Assembly: GCF_006345805.1 (NCBI RefSeq)
Contig: NC_043000.1
Span: 102,424,001 to 102,488,000 of the forward strand
DNA length: 64,000 bases
Origin: Octopus sinensis
Lineage: Eukaryota
Direction of reading: 5' to 3'
This document shows, piece after piece, positions 38,585 to 50,937 of the stretch. Positions within the stretch are counted from its first letter, which is position 1. Each line of letters starts with the position of its first letter. The notes beneath the pieces were generated by a model. The model saw nothing but the letters and a program-made list of their open reading frames with translations. It had not been told where the DNA came from and made no database searches. Made by a program: the position numbers and the translations under genes.

Positions 38585-38627
38585 GGCGTTTGGTGCAATT
38601 TATGGAGTTCTAAACAACACGGCCAAG
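38585..38627 (+). CDS. Candidate exon (phase 2-0)
   Basis: CATTTCTTAG acceptor, AAG|GTAAGT donor; AFGAIYGVLNNTAK; phase-compatible with 35015-35144. Confidence 0.3.
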
Positions 38628-38727
38628 GTAAGTTGGATGTGCTAATTGAACTCCTTTAATACCACCGGAGAATAACTTGCTGCACCGACAGTTTAGAACA
38701 ATATTATACGATATAAAAATTTTTAAG

Positions 38728-38806
38728 AAATGAAGAAAGTAACAACGAAGTTGAAGAGTCCGTTAGTGTAGCAACAGAAGAGGTCCCAGCAATGACTGTG
38801 CCTAAG
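38728..38806 (+). CDS. Candidate exon (phase 2-0)
   Basis: TTTTTAAG acceptor, AAG|GTATGC donor; NEESNNEVEESVSVATEEVPAMTVPK. Confidence 0.3.
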
Positions 38807-38940
38807 GTATGCTTTCTATCCTAATTGAAGGACAAATTAACTTCTTTGAAGTTAGCAAACAATGATTTTACAACTCGTTGTGTAAATCATCAAGAAAATT
38901 AAGGGGCAAAGTCTGTAAAACTTTAAAATATGGGTGTTTG

Positions 38941-39377
38941 TTATTTACGTTATTTACATTATTTACATAAACCCTAAAATTCACTCGATAATTGTCCACT
39001 GGCATATGGCGTAGTGGTTAAGAGCGCGGGCTACTAACCCCAAGATTCCGAGTTCGATTCCAAGCAGTGACTTGAATAATAACAATAACAATAATAATAA
39101 CAACAACAACATCGAAAAATACCTTAGGAATGAGGACCCAGGTTCGAAATTTCTCCAAGAAGGCTGGAGGGTATATCAGCCGAAAATTTGTATGTGTGAG
39201 TAAATATGTGTAATGTGTGTGTGTGTGGTGAAGATCAACATTTAAACGCTAGATCATACAGATGCGTACGCACGGCCAGGATTACTTATAAGCACATACA
39301 TAGTCACAAGATGAGGACAAATATCCGTCGAATGTAAATAATGTACATAATTCCTCATCTCTTAAATATAGAACTGT
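38941..39377 (+). mobile_element. Family H SINE with an inverted 3'-end fragment and an internal insertion
   Basis: A box TGGCGTAGTGG (39007-17), B box GAGTTCGATTCC (39050-61), same body as 23232-23515; TSD AATATGGGTGTT (38927-38938, 39378-39389); inverted tail fragment at 38941-38968. Confidence 0.85.
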
Positions 39378-40836
39378 AATATGGGTGTTGTTATTTCAGT
39401 CATAAATTTTATAATTTATAAGTTTACTACTTCCCTTTACCTAGCCATCAGTTTGCTGGCTAAGTAAAGGGAAGTAGTTTTATAACCTCGGAGAAGATAT
39501 ATGCACCTTCTTAGACATGACGGATAAATCTATCCTTTAGCTTGTGACCTTGCATTGCTCGTAGATACCACCACCTATTTAAATGATCTCAATTTAAAAT
39601 TGCAAAACAAAATCAGTTGATTCATAAAATGTATACTCATGTCAAAGTTTTTGAAACAAAACTTCAGGTTTAGTAGAATCAAGTCAGGACTGATGACGCT
39701 TTCCATTTCTCCACACTAACCAATCACAATGAGTTTGGATATAATCAATGATTAGAATTAAATGAGTTTAAAATAATAAACGAACTGAACGCCAGATTTA
39801 ATTACGAGGTAGGAGCACTAAGAAGATTTAAGAACTTAAAAGCTAGAGAAGCTAGTTTTAACCTTTTTAAAAATTCATTTAATGTCGATGTTGAAAATAT
39901 AGCACGAAAGGAAATAACTGAAGATATAGCACGAAATGGAAATAACTGTGTTTTGATGAATTCCTTTAAAAAAAATTTTAAGACAAATATTTATTGCAGT
40001 TTATGAAACTCTACCTGACTTAAAAACTATCCCCAAAATACTGCGCTTCGCAAGAAGATATGCAAATATGTTTGGTACTGTGTATAAATACAAGCACCAC
40101 CTTTTGTTTTTCTAGAGTGAAAATGATATAGTAAAAAACTAGATTAAGATTGACAGATATTCGTCTCGATGAGAATTTACGAGATGCAACATCGTATATA
40201 TCAGTAAATATTGGAAAAGTTGTAAAAAAAAAAAAGTACAACGCAAAGTGTCTCACTAAAATACGTGAATGAATTATCTCATTTTACGTCAATAACAAAT
40301 GAATACATATGGTCTTCGTTGTATCCATATTTTGTAAGACAACGCTTTAATTTGTCGCTTAGTCGTATTATTTTCCTCGGCAATGCTGCTCATTTATTTC
40401 ACAGCATTTCAGTTATGGTTATGGTTATGCTCTACCCAACTTGTCAATTTACGTTAATTTATTTTTCAATTTCATTTCTTTATTTTTTATTGAGTTGGAG
40501 TGTTGCTTCTTTTTTTTTTTTTTGCCGGATTACTATTTTCTCCTAGTATCATAGCTTAAAAGAGTTCAACTAAACTATGTACATAACAATGATTGAACAA
40601 GATGTTTATTGGATTTGTGTTCTTTCGTTGAAGGTAACGTTTTCAGCATTTTTGAACCAATGGCGATTTTCACTAAAGTTCATCCGCATAAACATCGTTT
40701 GCTTTAGAAACAGGAAACGTTCATAATTATTTTTTTCCCTTGAGAAGAAATATATTTTTTCCTTCACAAAATATTTCTTGTGTAATCAGATGAATAAATC
40801 AGAAACATTTCGTACTACTTTTAAAGTATATTTTAT

Positions 40837-41218
40837 GTGTGGTAAGTAGCTTGCTTACCAACCACATGGCTCCCGGTTCAGTCCCACTGCGTGGCACCTT
40901 GGGCAAGTGTCTTCTACTATAGCCTCGGGCCGACCAAAGCCTTGTTAGTGGATTTGGTAGACGAAAACTGAAAGAAGACCGTCGTATATATGTATGTGTG
41001 TGTGTGTATGTTTCTTTGTGTTTGTTCCCCCAACATCGTTTGATAATCGATGCTGGTGTGTTTACGTCCCCGTCACTTAGCGGTTCGGCAAAAGAGACCG
41101 ATAGAATAAGTACTAGGCTTACAAAGAATAAGTCCTTGAGTCGATTTCCTTGACTAATGGTGGTGCTCCAGTATGACCACAGTCAAATGACGGAAACAAG
41201 TAAAAGAGTAAAAGAGTA
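40837..41218 (+). mobile_element. SINE family A
   Basis: Close match to the copies at 2611 and 20646. Confidence 0.9.
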
Positions 41219-41432
41219 TTGGTTTCAAATTTTGGCACAAGACCGCCAAATGCCGGGGTGGAGTAAGTCGATTACATCGAATCCAGTACTCGACTGGTAC
41301 TTATTTTATCGATCTCTAAAGGACGAAAGGCAAAGTCGACTTTGGCAGTATTTGCATTCATAACGTTAAAGGCGAACCAAACGCCGCTAAGCGTTTTACC
41401 CGGTCTTCTAACGACTCTGCCAGCTCGCTGCA
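41218..41432 (-). mobile_element. SINE family B
   Basis: Minus-strand head GCAGCGAGCTGGCAGAGTCGTTAG; tail-to-tail with the family A copy. Confidence 0.75.
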
Positions 41433-41940
41433 TTAGTATGTTTTTTATATTAACATTATTTATTAATTTAAAAATGACCAATGAAATTATTTACTGGTCA
41501 GATTGTTAAATATACATCTGTAATATTTAAAAATTAGCTTTTTTAAAATTTGTATTCATGGATAATGAAAATATTCAATTTTTCTTCAAAACACCAGATC
41601 ATAAGGATATTCATACTTAATACACAAATTTTTCAAGTATTCATTTTCTTTGTCTCTATGTTATTCCGTAATGTATCACTGTGCCTGTTAATCACACTAT
41701 CGTCAGTAACAATATTATACCAAGACTTCAATTTTTAATTATAAAAAGAAATATTTCCCCTATTTCAAAGGCAGATGCAATGGGCCCCTGTAGGGAAAAT
41801 GGCTGTGGTACCTTCAATAAAAATTTATTTCAATTTGTTTCAGTAGCCCTATTATCAGCCATAACTCATGCAGCCCGCTGCTTGAAAAACGCTGTTTATG
41901 TCTGTTACTTCTTTAAATGTAAATTAATGTTTTAAAAACT

Positions 41941-42235
41941 GGCATTCCGTCGGTTACGACGAAGAGGTGTTCTGGTTGAGTTGATCAAAGGCACGTAACT
42001 GAGCATTACACAGACGCGCGTCCCCTTAACGTAGTTCTCAAGGAGGTTCAGCGTGACACAGAATGTGAAAATAAATTACCCTTTGAAGTATGTGTACCAC
42101 TCGCTTTTGCTAGCTGAGTGGACTGGAGAAACGTGAAGTAAAGTGCCTTGCTCAAGGATACAAGTACTACAGGAAATCGAACACACGACCTTACGATCGT
42201 GAGTCAAATACCCTAACCACTAAGCCACGTGCCTT
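41941..42235 (-). mobile_element. SINE family C
   Basis: Reverse complement of the 48317-48639 type (GGCACGTGGCTTAGTGGTTAGGG...GTTCGATTTCC). Confidence 0.8.
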
Positions 42236-43626
42236 CACAAATTAATATTAAAGCATAGCAATATTTCCAGGCACTAAAAATACACGATTTCTCTGTAGCC
42301 CTAAACTATATTATCTCGTTAGAAATCAGGAGGAAAGAGTTGGTTTAAATTTGTAATATATGTATTGCAGAATATCAATTATAAGACGGTAGTCTGAGAG
42401 AGAAAAGTCAACGTTATTATGAACTTTATTAGTCAACTCAATTTATCATCCAGCTAGTCAGAATCTGCCAAAATTCTTTTACCATTTCGTGAAGTAAATT
42501 CTTCAGCAACTGCAATTAGACTTACTTAGTGTGTTCGTGCTTTGAGATACGAAAGTATAAGCAGAGAATTTAATCTCGCTCGTGTCATTCTTGATGGAAG
42601 ACATATCCGAAGATTTTGCCAGAGAAAATGTTCGCTCAGCCGTAGATATTGCAGGAACCGACAATAAAAGTTGACAAATTGTCTAAATCTCTGATATTAA
42701 TTGCTTGTTATCGGCCGTGTTTCTTTTCTTTGTTTCTTTTTTCAGAAAGTCTACAATGTCAGTCAAATCACAAACAAAGGTTTCTTCATAGAAACTTCAA
42801 AACCCGAAAGTCTAGACATCAAAGAACTAATGTCACCAGTGTATCTTGATTTTTGATGGGGTGCTCTTTTATTTCATAGCCTTTAGGAACTATGTCTCCA
42901 GCCTTAAATATATCTTATAAATCGTCTGATCAAAGTTTCAGTCGATAGAAGACACAATTGAATCTACAATCGAAAATACACTTACGTGTAATGGTTTCGT
43001 TCTACATCCGTAAATATAGCTTTCCCACTACTCATTCCAAATTTTGTATGAGCTTTTCGCTTCTGTGGTAAAACACATTGTTTTCTATACAATATCATCA
43101 CAGAGAGAATCAAATGAATCTTCGTCCCTTATATCTTTCAAAACTTACTTTGTAATTTTGCCCTTCTCAATCCTTCTATTGATTAACTTTTAGTTATTTG
43201 CTATGACTTCGATAAACAGGTTACGTGTTAGTAAGACACTGAAAATCAACATCCAATTGTGACCGTATACATTTTTTTCAACACTTAAATAGGACCAAAT
43301 ATTTGTCGAGAATTGTTGTAACTAAACTTTTTGTACACACTATGTAGTTACAATCGAGATTGAGATACCCACCAAAGTTTCAATTTAGTCTTAGACTCTT
43401 CCATTAATTTTTTCAGCTTTCTGAAATGAATTCTGTCTCTTTGGAGAATACTTGATTGAAAAATCCCTTTTATTAGAGTAAAAATCTCATTACGTCAAAT
43501 GATATTTTGCTTTCACGTATTGTTTCCTTCACGCTCAGGTTTCAAGAAAGTACTTAACAATTCCCGGCTGGTAAAACCTTAGGTTGAGATTCTGCCAAAC
43601 TGCTGACTATTCCAAATTTTTCCCAG

Positions 43627-43739
43627 GCATGTCGCTCGCTCAGTCAAATTCTGCAGTTGCGTAGGTGTAGTCGCAGTCTTCTGAGCACATCAATGAAAAT
43701 ATTATTAGAGATTTTTGTCCGACACTTGTGGGCCACCAG
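43627..43739 (+). CDS. Candidate exon (phase 0-2)
   Basis: AAATTTTTCCCAG acceptor; donors CAG|GTGAGG (43740) or GAG|GTAAGT (43745); only one frame open: ACRSLSQILQLRRCSRSLLSTSMKILLEIFVRHLWAT. Confidence 0.38.
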
Positions 43740-44828
43740 GTGAGGTAAGTTGCTGACGATATATTCGTCAGCAATAAAAAGTTTAAGCCTACTTTACCGA
43801 GAAAATCTTTGACTACAAGTTAGCCATTAAAGAACGCAACTAATTTTGAAAACAAAATTTAGCATCGTTTGTTGCTTGCTATCACTGCGAATACTCGAAA
43901 TTGTAAAATAATCAAATTAAACAGATTTTTGGAAAAAATATTTTCCCAGCAGACACTCGACATTTTACATAATTATATTATCCTGAAAAATTAAAGATTT
44001 CTAACATTTTCAGATGCTTCAGTTTCATATATGAACACTTAAATAAATTAACCCCCAAACAATAATACAATAATTCTAGGTATTTTTGTTATTTGTTATT
44101 TTTTTATTCTATGAATCTGTATCGAATGAACAACTTTATTACATCAAATACTATAATTTGTTAAAATGTTTTACAACGTAATCTTATCCAAAATAGTCAA
44201 CTTTCACCCCAGACCGAATTTTAACAAGTTTCATCTGCGGCCACATTGTGTGATATCGACGGCAATATGTGAGTTTCTACTTATACTACTTTAAAAAGGC
44301 AACTCATATGAAATTTTCAACGTTGATATGATTAGGTTTTTGTTTCGTTGCCTTTTTTTACCACACAACTGAGTTCCCTAAAAGTATTTTTTACCTTCTT
44401 AACAAACAAATCAGCAAGTCCAGCACGATTTCTCATGAAATTCGCCAGATTCCTATCTCCAATCGTTCGAAATAGATGCCAACAAATAGCTGAATTATTC
44501 TTGTGAGTTTGTATCGTACAATTACGACTGACTCGTTTCTTGCACTTGCAGACAAAGTAAGACAAACCTACGGTTTGCCGAAACGGAGACTATCCCACCA
44601 CTAAATACGTATCATACACGTCTGTTTGGCGGAAGATTTTCTGAGCGGTTTCACTCTGTTCTTTATATATCAGAAAAGCTAAGGTTACAGTTCAATGAGT
44701 CTTAACTTATAGTTAACTCTGTTGAGCACTTTGTGATATTATGTCGCAAATTTCATCACTCTAATTGTATTGTGTTCAAGACATATAGGCCTAAAACATA
44801 CATCTCTATCCGTGTGTATGTGTGTGTT

Positions 44829-44869
<41 letters not shown>

Positions 44870-45421
44870 ACACACCGTCATATATATAAACACCTAAATA
44901 TTGTACGTTATATGCATACACACATATACACACGCACACACACAGACACAGACACAAACATATATATACACACATATATTTATAAATATTAAATATCATG
45001 TGTGTGTGTGCATGCTTGTATGTATAAGTGTGTGTTTATATATACCATCATTTTATATATAAACAACTAAATAAATACTTATATCTATGTATTTATGTGT
45101 GTTTGTGCACACACACACACACATACACACACATAAATACTTACAGTAGACAGACTTTCAAGCGTGACCACACGTAATTACATACAACACACACACGCAC
45201 ACACACACGCTCACACACACACATACACACACGGACACACACAAACTGACAAACATTCGCATAGGCGTAGACGTGCGCAATTATATAAAATGAGTTTCAA
45301 GCATAACAGTACCGTTTCGAAATAAAATTGACGACGAGATAAACAAAATCAAGGAAATTAATGAAATAACAAACAAATTGTTCTTTTACGGTTCATTTTA
45401 TGTCAGCTTCGAACCATAAAA

Positions 45422-45625
45422 ATCGTCATCATCACCATCATCATCATCATCATCATCACCATCACTATCATCATCATCATCATCATCATCATGATCGTCA
45501 TCATCATGATCATGATGATGATGATGATGATGATGATCATCATCATCATCATCATCATCATCACTATCATTGTCATCCTCATTATCAACACCACCACCAA
45601 AACCACTTTCTACCACCATTACCAT

Positions 45626-45666
<41 letters not shown>

Positions 45667-45740
45667 CCATCACTATCATCATCATCATCATGATCATCAT
45701 GATCGTCATCATCATGATCATGATGATGATGATGATGATG

Positions 45741-45774
<34 letters not shown>

Positions 45775-46014
45775 CTATCATTGTCATCCTCATTATCAAC
45801 ACCACCACCAAAACCACTTTCTACCACCATTACCATAATCATCATCATCATCATCATCATCACCCTTATCAACGCAGCCACAACTCCATTACAATCACAT
45901 CATCACCACTATCATCATCAGCATTTTCTTCATCACCATTAATGCCGAGACCACCGACAACACGGCTCCACCACAACCACCACCACCACCAGCATCATTA
46001 TCGTCATGATTATT

Positions 46015-46049
<35 letters not shown>

Positions 46050-46053
46050 TATA

Positions 46054-46095
<42 letters not shown>
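45422..46095. repeat. (CAT)n/(GAT)n/(ATT)n compound repeat with a ~210-bp higher-order duplication
   Basis: The unit ending ACCACCACCAAAACCACTTTCTACCACCATTACCATAAT occurs at about 45590 and 45800. Confidence 0.9.
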
Positions 46096-46116
<21 letters not shown>

Positions 46117-46365
46117 TGGTGGTTTTATGAGGGAAGAGGTGGGGGTTGTCATTTTGTTGTTCTGTCCGTTCAAGTCGATATATTTCCTTAAAAATATCTC
46201 TTTTTAAACTACGGCATTAATTCGTTAGTTGATATATCATTAAATACTTGATGTTATTGGCACAGTTGACTTTCTATTATAATGTTATGATGCTATTATA
46301 AAGTTTAGTAGATATCTTCACACGCTGATCCCAGCTAATAAACTATGCACATAGATAGATAGATA

Positions 46366-46418
<53 letters not shown>

Positions 46419-46599
46419 AGATAGATAGATAGATAGATAGATGTACACATTTTATATGTGTTTATACATACATATATATATACATATAAATATATGTATG
46501 CATACACACACATAAAATGTGTCCTTCTTTCTATATACAGACACACATATACACATATATATAGCTACGTATTGATGCATACATACTTATTAAGCGGTT

Positions 46600-46735
46600 A
46601 ATTGTCGGAGTCGTTAGAGCGTTTAATGTAACGTCTTTTAATATTTGTTACGGCTTTTTGCGCCCTAAGTTCAAATCTCGCCGACGTCACTTTTACCTAC
46701 CATCCTTTCGGGTTCGGTAAGTAAAATATTAGTTC
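46600..46735 (+). mobile_element. SINE family B head, degenerate
   Basis: GTCGGAGTCGTTAGAGC...AAGTTCAAATCTCGCCGACGTCACTTTTACC. Confidence 0.55.
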
Positions 46736-47139
46736 AGGTAGAACTGTTATAGCATCGAACAAGACACCTTCTGATATTTGTGCTTTGACAGCAATACCTG
46801 TGGTGTCTTTTGTATTAAGTATTATTTGTCATCATCTATCCCTCGGAGAATATCACTGATGCGGACGAAGAAGGCGTATATGCACAGGCACCTCCTTGTC
46901 CTTCATTAAATGGATGACGATAATAAAGCATGCACAGGTCCGCGCCCTGGAAGGGAGTTTTCAAATATTGATCAATAGTCTCATGAAAATCTCCGAAAAG
47001 CACGGTGATATATATTTCTAGGTCCGTCTTCTCTGAGGGGCGGGCGACAACGCGTGAAACGGTCTATTAGGAGACTCTCGTTCTTTTTCTTCCACACCAA
47101 ATGGGTAGAAGGATTAGGTTTACATTCTATTTCTCTCAC

Positions 47140-47301
47140 TGCTAGGAGTGGCTATGTGATAAGTAGCTTGCTTACCAACCACATGGTTCCGAGTTCAGTC
47201 CCACTGCGTGGCACCTTCGGCAAGTGTCTTCTACTCTAGCTTCGGTCTCACCAAAGCCTTGTGAGTGGATTTGGTTGACTGAAAGAAGCCCATGATATAT
47301 A

Positions 47302-47368
<67 letters not shown>

Positions 47369-47604
47369 GTATGTGTTTGTGTATTTTGTGTGTCTGTGTT
47401 TGTCCCCCCCCCCACCACCAACATCGCTTGACAGCCGATGCTGGTGTGTTTACGTCCCCGTAACTTAGCGGTTCGGCAAAAGTGTCCAATAGAATAAGTA
47501 CTAGGCTTACAAAGAATAAGTCATGGGGTCGATTTGCTCGACTAAAGGCGGTACTCCCGCATGGTCACAGTTAAATGACTGAAACAAGGAAAAGAGTAAA
47601 AGAG
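47140..47604 (+). mobile_element. SINE family A
   Basis: Complete copy with an expanded central (TG)n. Confidence 0.9.
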
Positions 47605-47654
47605 ACTTTCTAATCAATTTTAATTCAGTTCTGCTGTGCATTAAATATCCTTTC

Positions 47655-47846
47655 TACTATAGGCACAGAGGCTGAAATTTTAAGATTACATTGACCCCAG
47701 TGTTTCACTAGTACTTAATTTATCGACCCCAAACGGATGAAAGGCAAAGTGGATCTTGAAGAAATTTGAACTTTGAAAGTAGCGACCGGAGAAATACCGC
47801 TAAGCATTCAGCCTGACGTCCTAACGATTCTGCCTGCTTACCGCTT
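47655..47846 (-). mobile_element. SINE family B
   Basis: TTTATCGACCCC...GGATGAAAGGCAAAGT...CTAACGATTCTGCC. Confidence 0.7.
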
Positions 47847-48278
47847 TCTGCAGTGCATAAAATATATATTGTATAATTAACGACAAGCTATCAATATTAT
47901 AAATTTAATGTCAGAATAATTTATGACTACGTTATAGAAAGGGCGAATAATCTATGCTATTTTTGGAAAAGGAAACCGGGCAATTATTCCCTGGGGAGTA
48001 TTTAAAAAATCATAAAACGGTCCTTCAAGAGATTACGCACCGCTTCTCTTCGCACCTCAAAAGTGTAGGAGAATATTTACATTCGTATATTTATCTCACA
48101 GCTGGGCTTTCAACTATCTAAATTTATTTCAATCCTTCTGATGAAGTTGTGGTGCATAGTACACACACATACACACATACTTACACAAACACATACACAC
48201 ACACATACACTCACGCACGCATATACATATATACATGCACACATACATACATACACAATACATACATACATACATACA

Positions 48279-48314
<36 letters not shown>

Positions 48315-48316
48315 TA

Positions 48317-48639
48317 TAGGCGCGTGGCTTAGTGGTTAAGGCATTCGGCTCGCGATCTTAAGGTCGTGAATTCAATTCCCAGCGACGCGTTGTGTCCTTG
48401 AGCAAGACACTTTATTTCACGTTGCTCCAGTCCACTCAGCTGGCAAAAATGAGTAGTACCTGTATTTCAAAGGGCCAGCCTTGTCACACTCTGTGTCACG
48501 CTGAATCTCCATGAGAACTATGTTAAGGGTACACGTGTCTGTGGAGTGCTCAGCCGCTTACACGTTAATTTCATGAGCAAGCTGTTCCGTTGATAGTATC
48601 AGCTGGTACCCACGCCGTAGTAGCCGATGGAGTGCTCCC
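48317..48639 (+). mobile_element. SINE family C
   Basis: Head GGCGCGTGGCTTAGTGGTTAAGGC...GAATTCAATTCC, body GTCCTTGAGCAAGACAC, tail ...CCGATGGAGTGCTCC. Confidence 0.85.
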
Positions 48640-48659
48640 ATATATATGTGTGTGTGTTT

Positions 48660-48717
<58 letters not shown>

Positions 48718-48722
<5 letters not shown>

Positions 48723-48856
48723 CTCCCTTTGCAAATACTTCAAGGGCACTGAAATGGTGTCTAAAGCCAGCTGGAGACGATGATCTCCTGGGGCTATAGA
48801 GCTACAGTAACACCCCCTCCCCTTTGTGGTTAGCCATATTAAGATGGCTTCTATAC
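48718..48856 (+). repeat. Diverged fragment related to the 21-kb retrozyme monomer (HHR absent)
   Basis: CCCTTTGCAAATACT...GCCAGCTGGAG...CTCCTGGGGCTA...CTACAGTA...TAGCCATATT.AGATGGC, colinear with 21625-21745. Confidence 0.75.
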
Positions 48857-48872
48857 TTTACATTATCGAGCG

Positions 48873-48931
<59 letters not shown>

Positions 48932-49386
48932 GTGTATTTTTTTAAGGCTTAAGGCTGTATCATGCGCGGGTACATAGTAATAATCGGACTGAATACCCGA
49001 TCGCGTGGTTAAACCATTGGGAATGAAGGACTCCTAGCCTTTGTTAAGACATCGTTCTAAGAGAAGGTAACTCATGTAACTGGGATAACTATGATATAAA
49101 ACCTGCGGCTCAGTGATTTCCGATGATGATGGCTTGTTCTTCTTTTCGGATTATGGCTGCTGTTGCTTAGTGAGTGGGATTGATTCAGTGCCTTTCCTCA
49201 CTTAAAAAAGAATCTTCTTGCACAGGCATTGCACGATAGCAATATTGTTCATGATTGTTGATAGTGCTGTGAGTCTCAACTGAATAGCTGGCTGTAGCCC
49301 TAAAAAGCAAATAAAAGTCACATTCGATCTCAGCACCAATAACAGTTAAGCTTCGTGCAATGGCCATACTTGACAACGAGGGGCCA

Positions 49387-49464
<78 letters not shown>

Positions 49465-49610
49465 TATATAATGGCATTCACATATAAAGCATGTAATGAA
49501 CATATATTTAGACTCAGTCTGAAGACAGATCCAGTGAATGAGCAACAAGGCTTTAGAAGTGTGAACGAACTGGACCAATTATTTCATTAAGGATTTCTTA
49601 CTATTTGTTG

Positions 49611-49996
49611 TGGAGGCGCAATGGCCCAGTGTTAGGGCAGCGGACTCGCGATCATAGGATTGCGGTTTCGATTCCCAGACCGGGCGTTGTGAGTGTTTAT
49701 TGAGCGAAAACACCTAAAAAAGCTCCACGAGGCTCCGGCAGGGGATGGTGGTGATCCCTGCTGTACTCTTTCACCACAACTTTCTCTCACTCTTACTTCC
49801 TGTTTCTGTTGTACCTGTATTTCAAGGGGCCGGCCTTGTCACTCTCTGTGTCACGCTGAATATCCCCGAGAACTACGTTAAGAGTACACGTGTCTGTGGA
49901 GTGCTCAGCCACTTACACGTTAATTTCACGAGCAGGATGTTCCGTTGATTCGGATCAACCGGAACCCTCATCGTCGTAACCGACGGAGTGCTTCCC
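49611..49996 (+). mobile_element. SINE family C' (different head and body, shared tail)
   Basis: Head GGAGGCGCAATGGCCCAGTG...GGTTTCGATTCCC; the 3' ~190 bp matches about 48457-48639. Confidence 0.85.
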
Positions 49997-50350
49997 TTAC
50001 TATTTGTTAGAATATATTCATGACATTTATACAACGTATGTGATATTCTGGGATTGGAATGCAATCGTGCTGGAATAACTGAATCAGTTATTCCAGCACC
50101 ATCGCATTCCAATCAGTCCCACTAATTAGATTTATCGACCGATAATTATCGCAAATTATCGAATAGTTTACTTTTAAAAAAGGAGATAACTCACCGTACG
50201 AGTGAGTAATACTTCGATTCGATATATATATATATATATACGCATGGAAATATATATATATATCTGTAAATATATATGCTTGTGTGTCCACGTATGTATG
50301 TATGTAAGTATGTATGTATGTATGTATGTATGTATGTATGTATGTATGTA

Positions 50351-50486
50351 TATTCTATAATTATAAACGTAATTATAATTAGGGGTCAGCTAATTGCTTC
50401 ATCACATACCGAATTTAGAATTTGATTAATTAAGTAATTAATTAATTTTACCGTTTTATTATTAATTATATATGTATATATATATA

Positions 50487-50524
<38 letters not shown>

Positions 50525-50643
50525 TATACATATATAATTAATAATAAAAATGTAAAATAATTAATTAATCAAATTCTAAATTCGGTATGTGGTGAAGCAA
50601 TTAGCTGAACCCTAATTATAATTATGTTTATAATTATAGAATA
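50351..50643. mobile_element. Foldback/MITE-like element with ~120-bp inverted arms around (TA)n
   Basis: 50351-50473 is the reverse complement of 50528-50643 apart from small indels. Confidence 0.8.
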
Positions 50644-50701
50644 TTTATATACATATATATATATACATATATATTAATATATATATATATACATATATAT
50701 T

Positions 50702-50732
<31 letters not shown>

Positions 50733-50773
50733 CATATATATATATGCATATATGTATATATATATATATATAT

Positions 50774-50816
<43 letters not shown>

Positions 50817-50825
50817 ATATATATA

Positions 50826-50900
<75 letters not shown>

Positions 50901-50937
50901 AGCCACTACACACATTTTTCTCTCCTTGTTTCTTTCT

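Noticed and set aside
39001-39075. tRNA gene with an apparent ACT anticodon
   Set aside because: I could not form an acceptor stem, and it is fused to a repeat body in three copies; it is a SINE head. The same applies to the heads of families A-C.
44332-44565. Exon-like frames on both strands (minus ICWHLFRTIGDRNLANFMRNRAGLADLFVKK; plus SPARFLMKFARFLSPIVRNRCQQIAELF) and a 5-nt ACAAA microexon
   Set aside because: The readings are mutually conflicting and the acceptors weak; strand cannot be decided without transcript data.
45398-46191. Poly-His, poly-Asp and poly-Met ORFs resembling metal-binding proteins
   Set aside because: Produced by (CAT)n/(GAT)n/(ATT)n repeats and open on both strands.
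46770-47110. Possible LINE endonuclease remnant
   Set aside because: Only a weak LFGDFH-like match; not enough to call.
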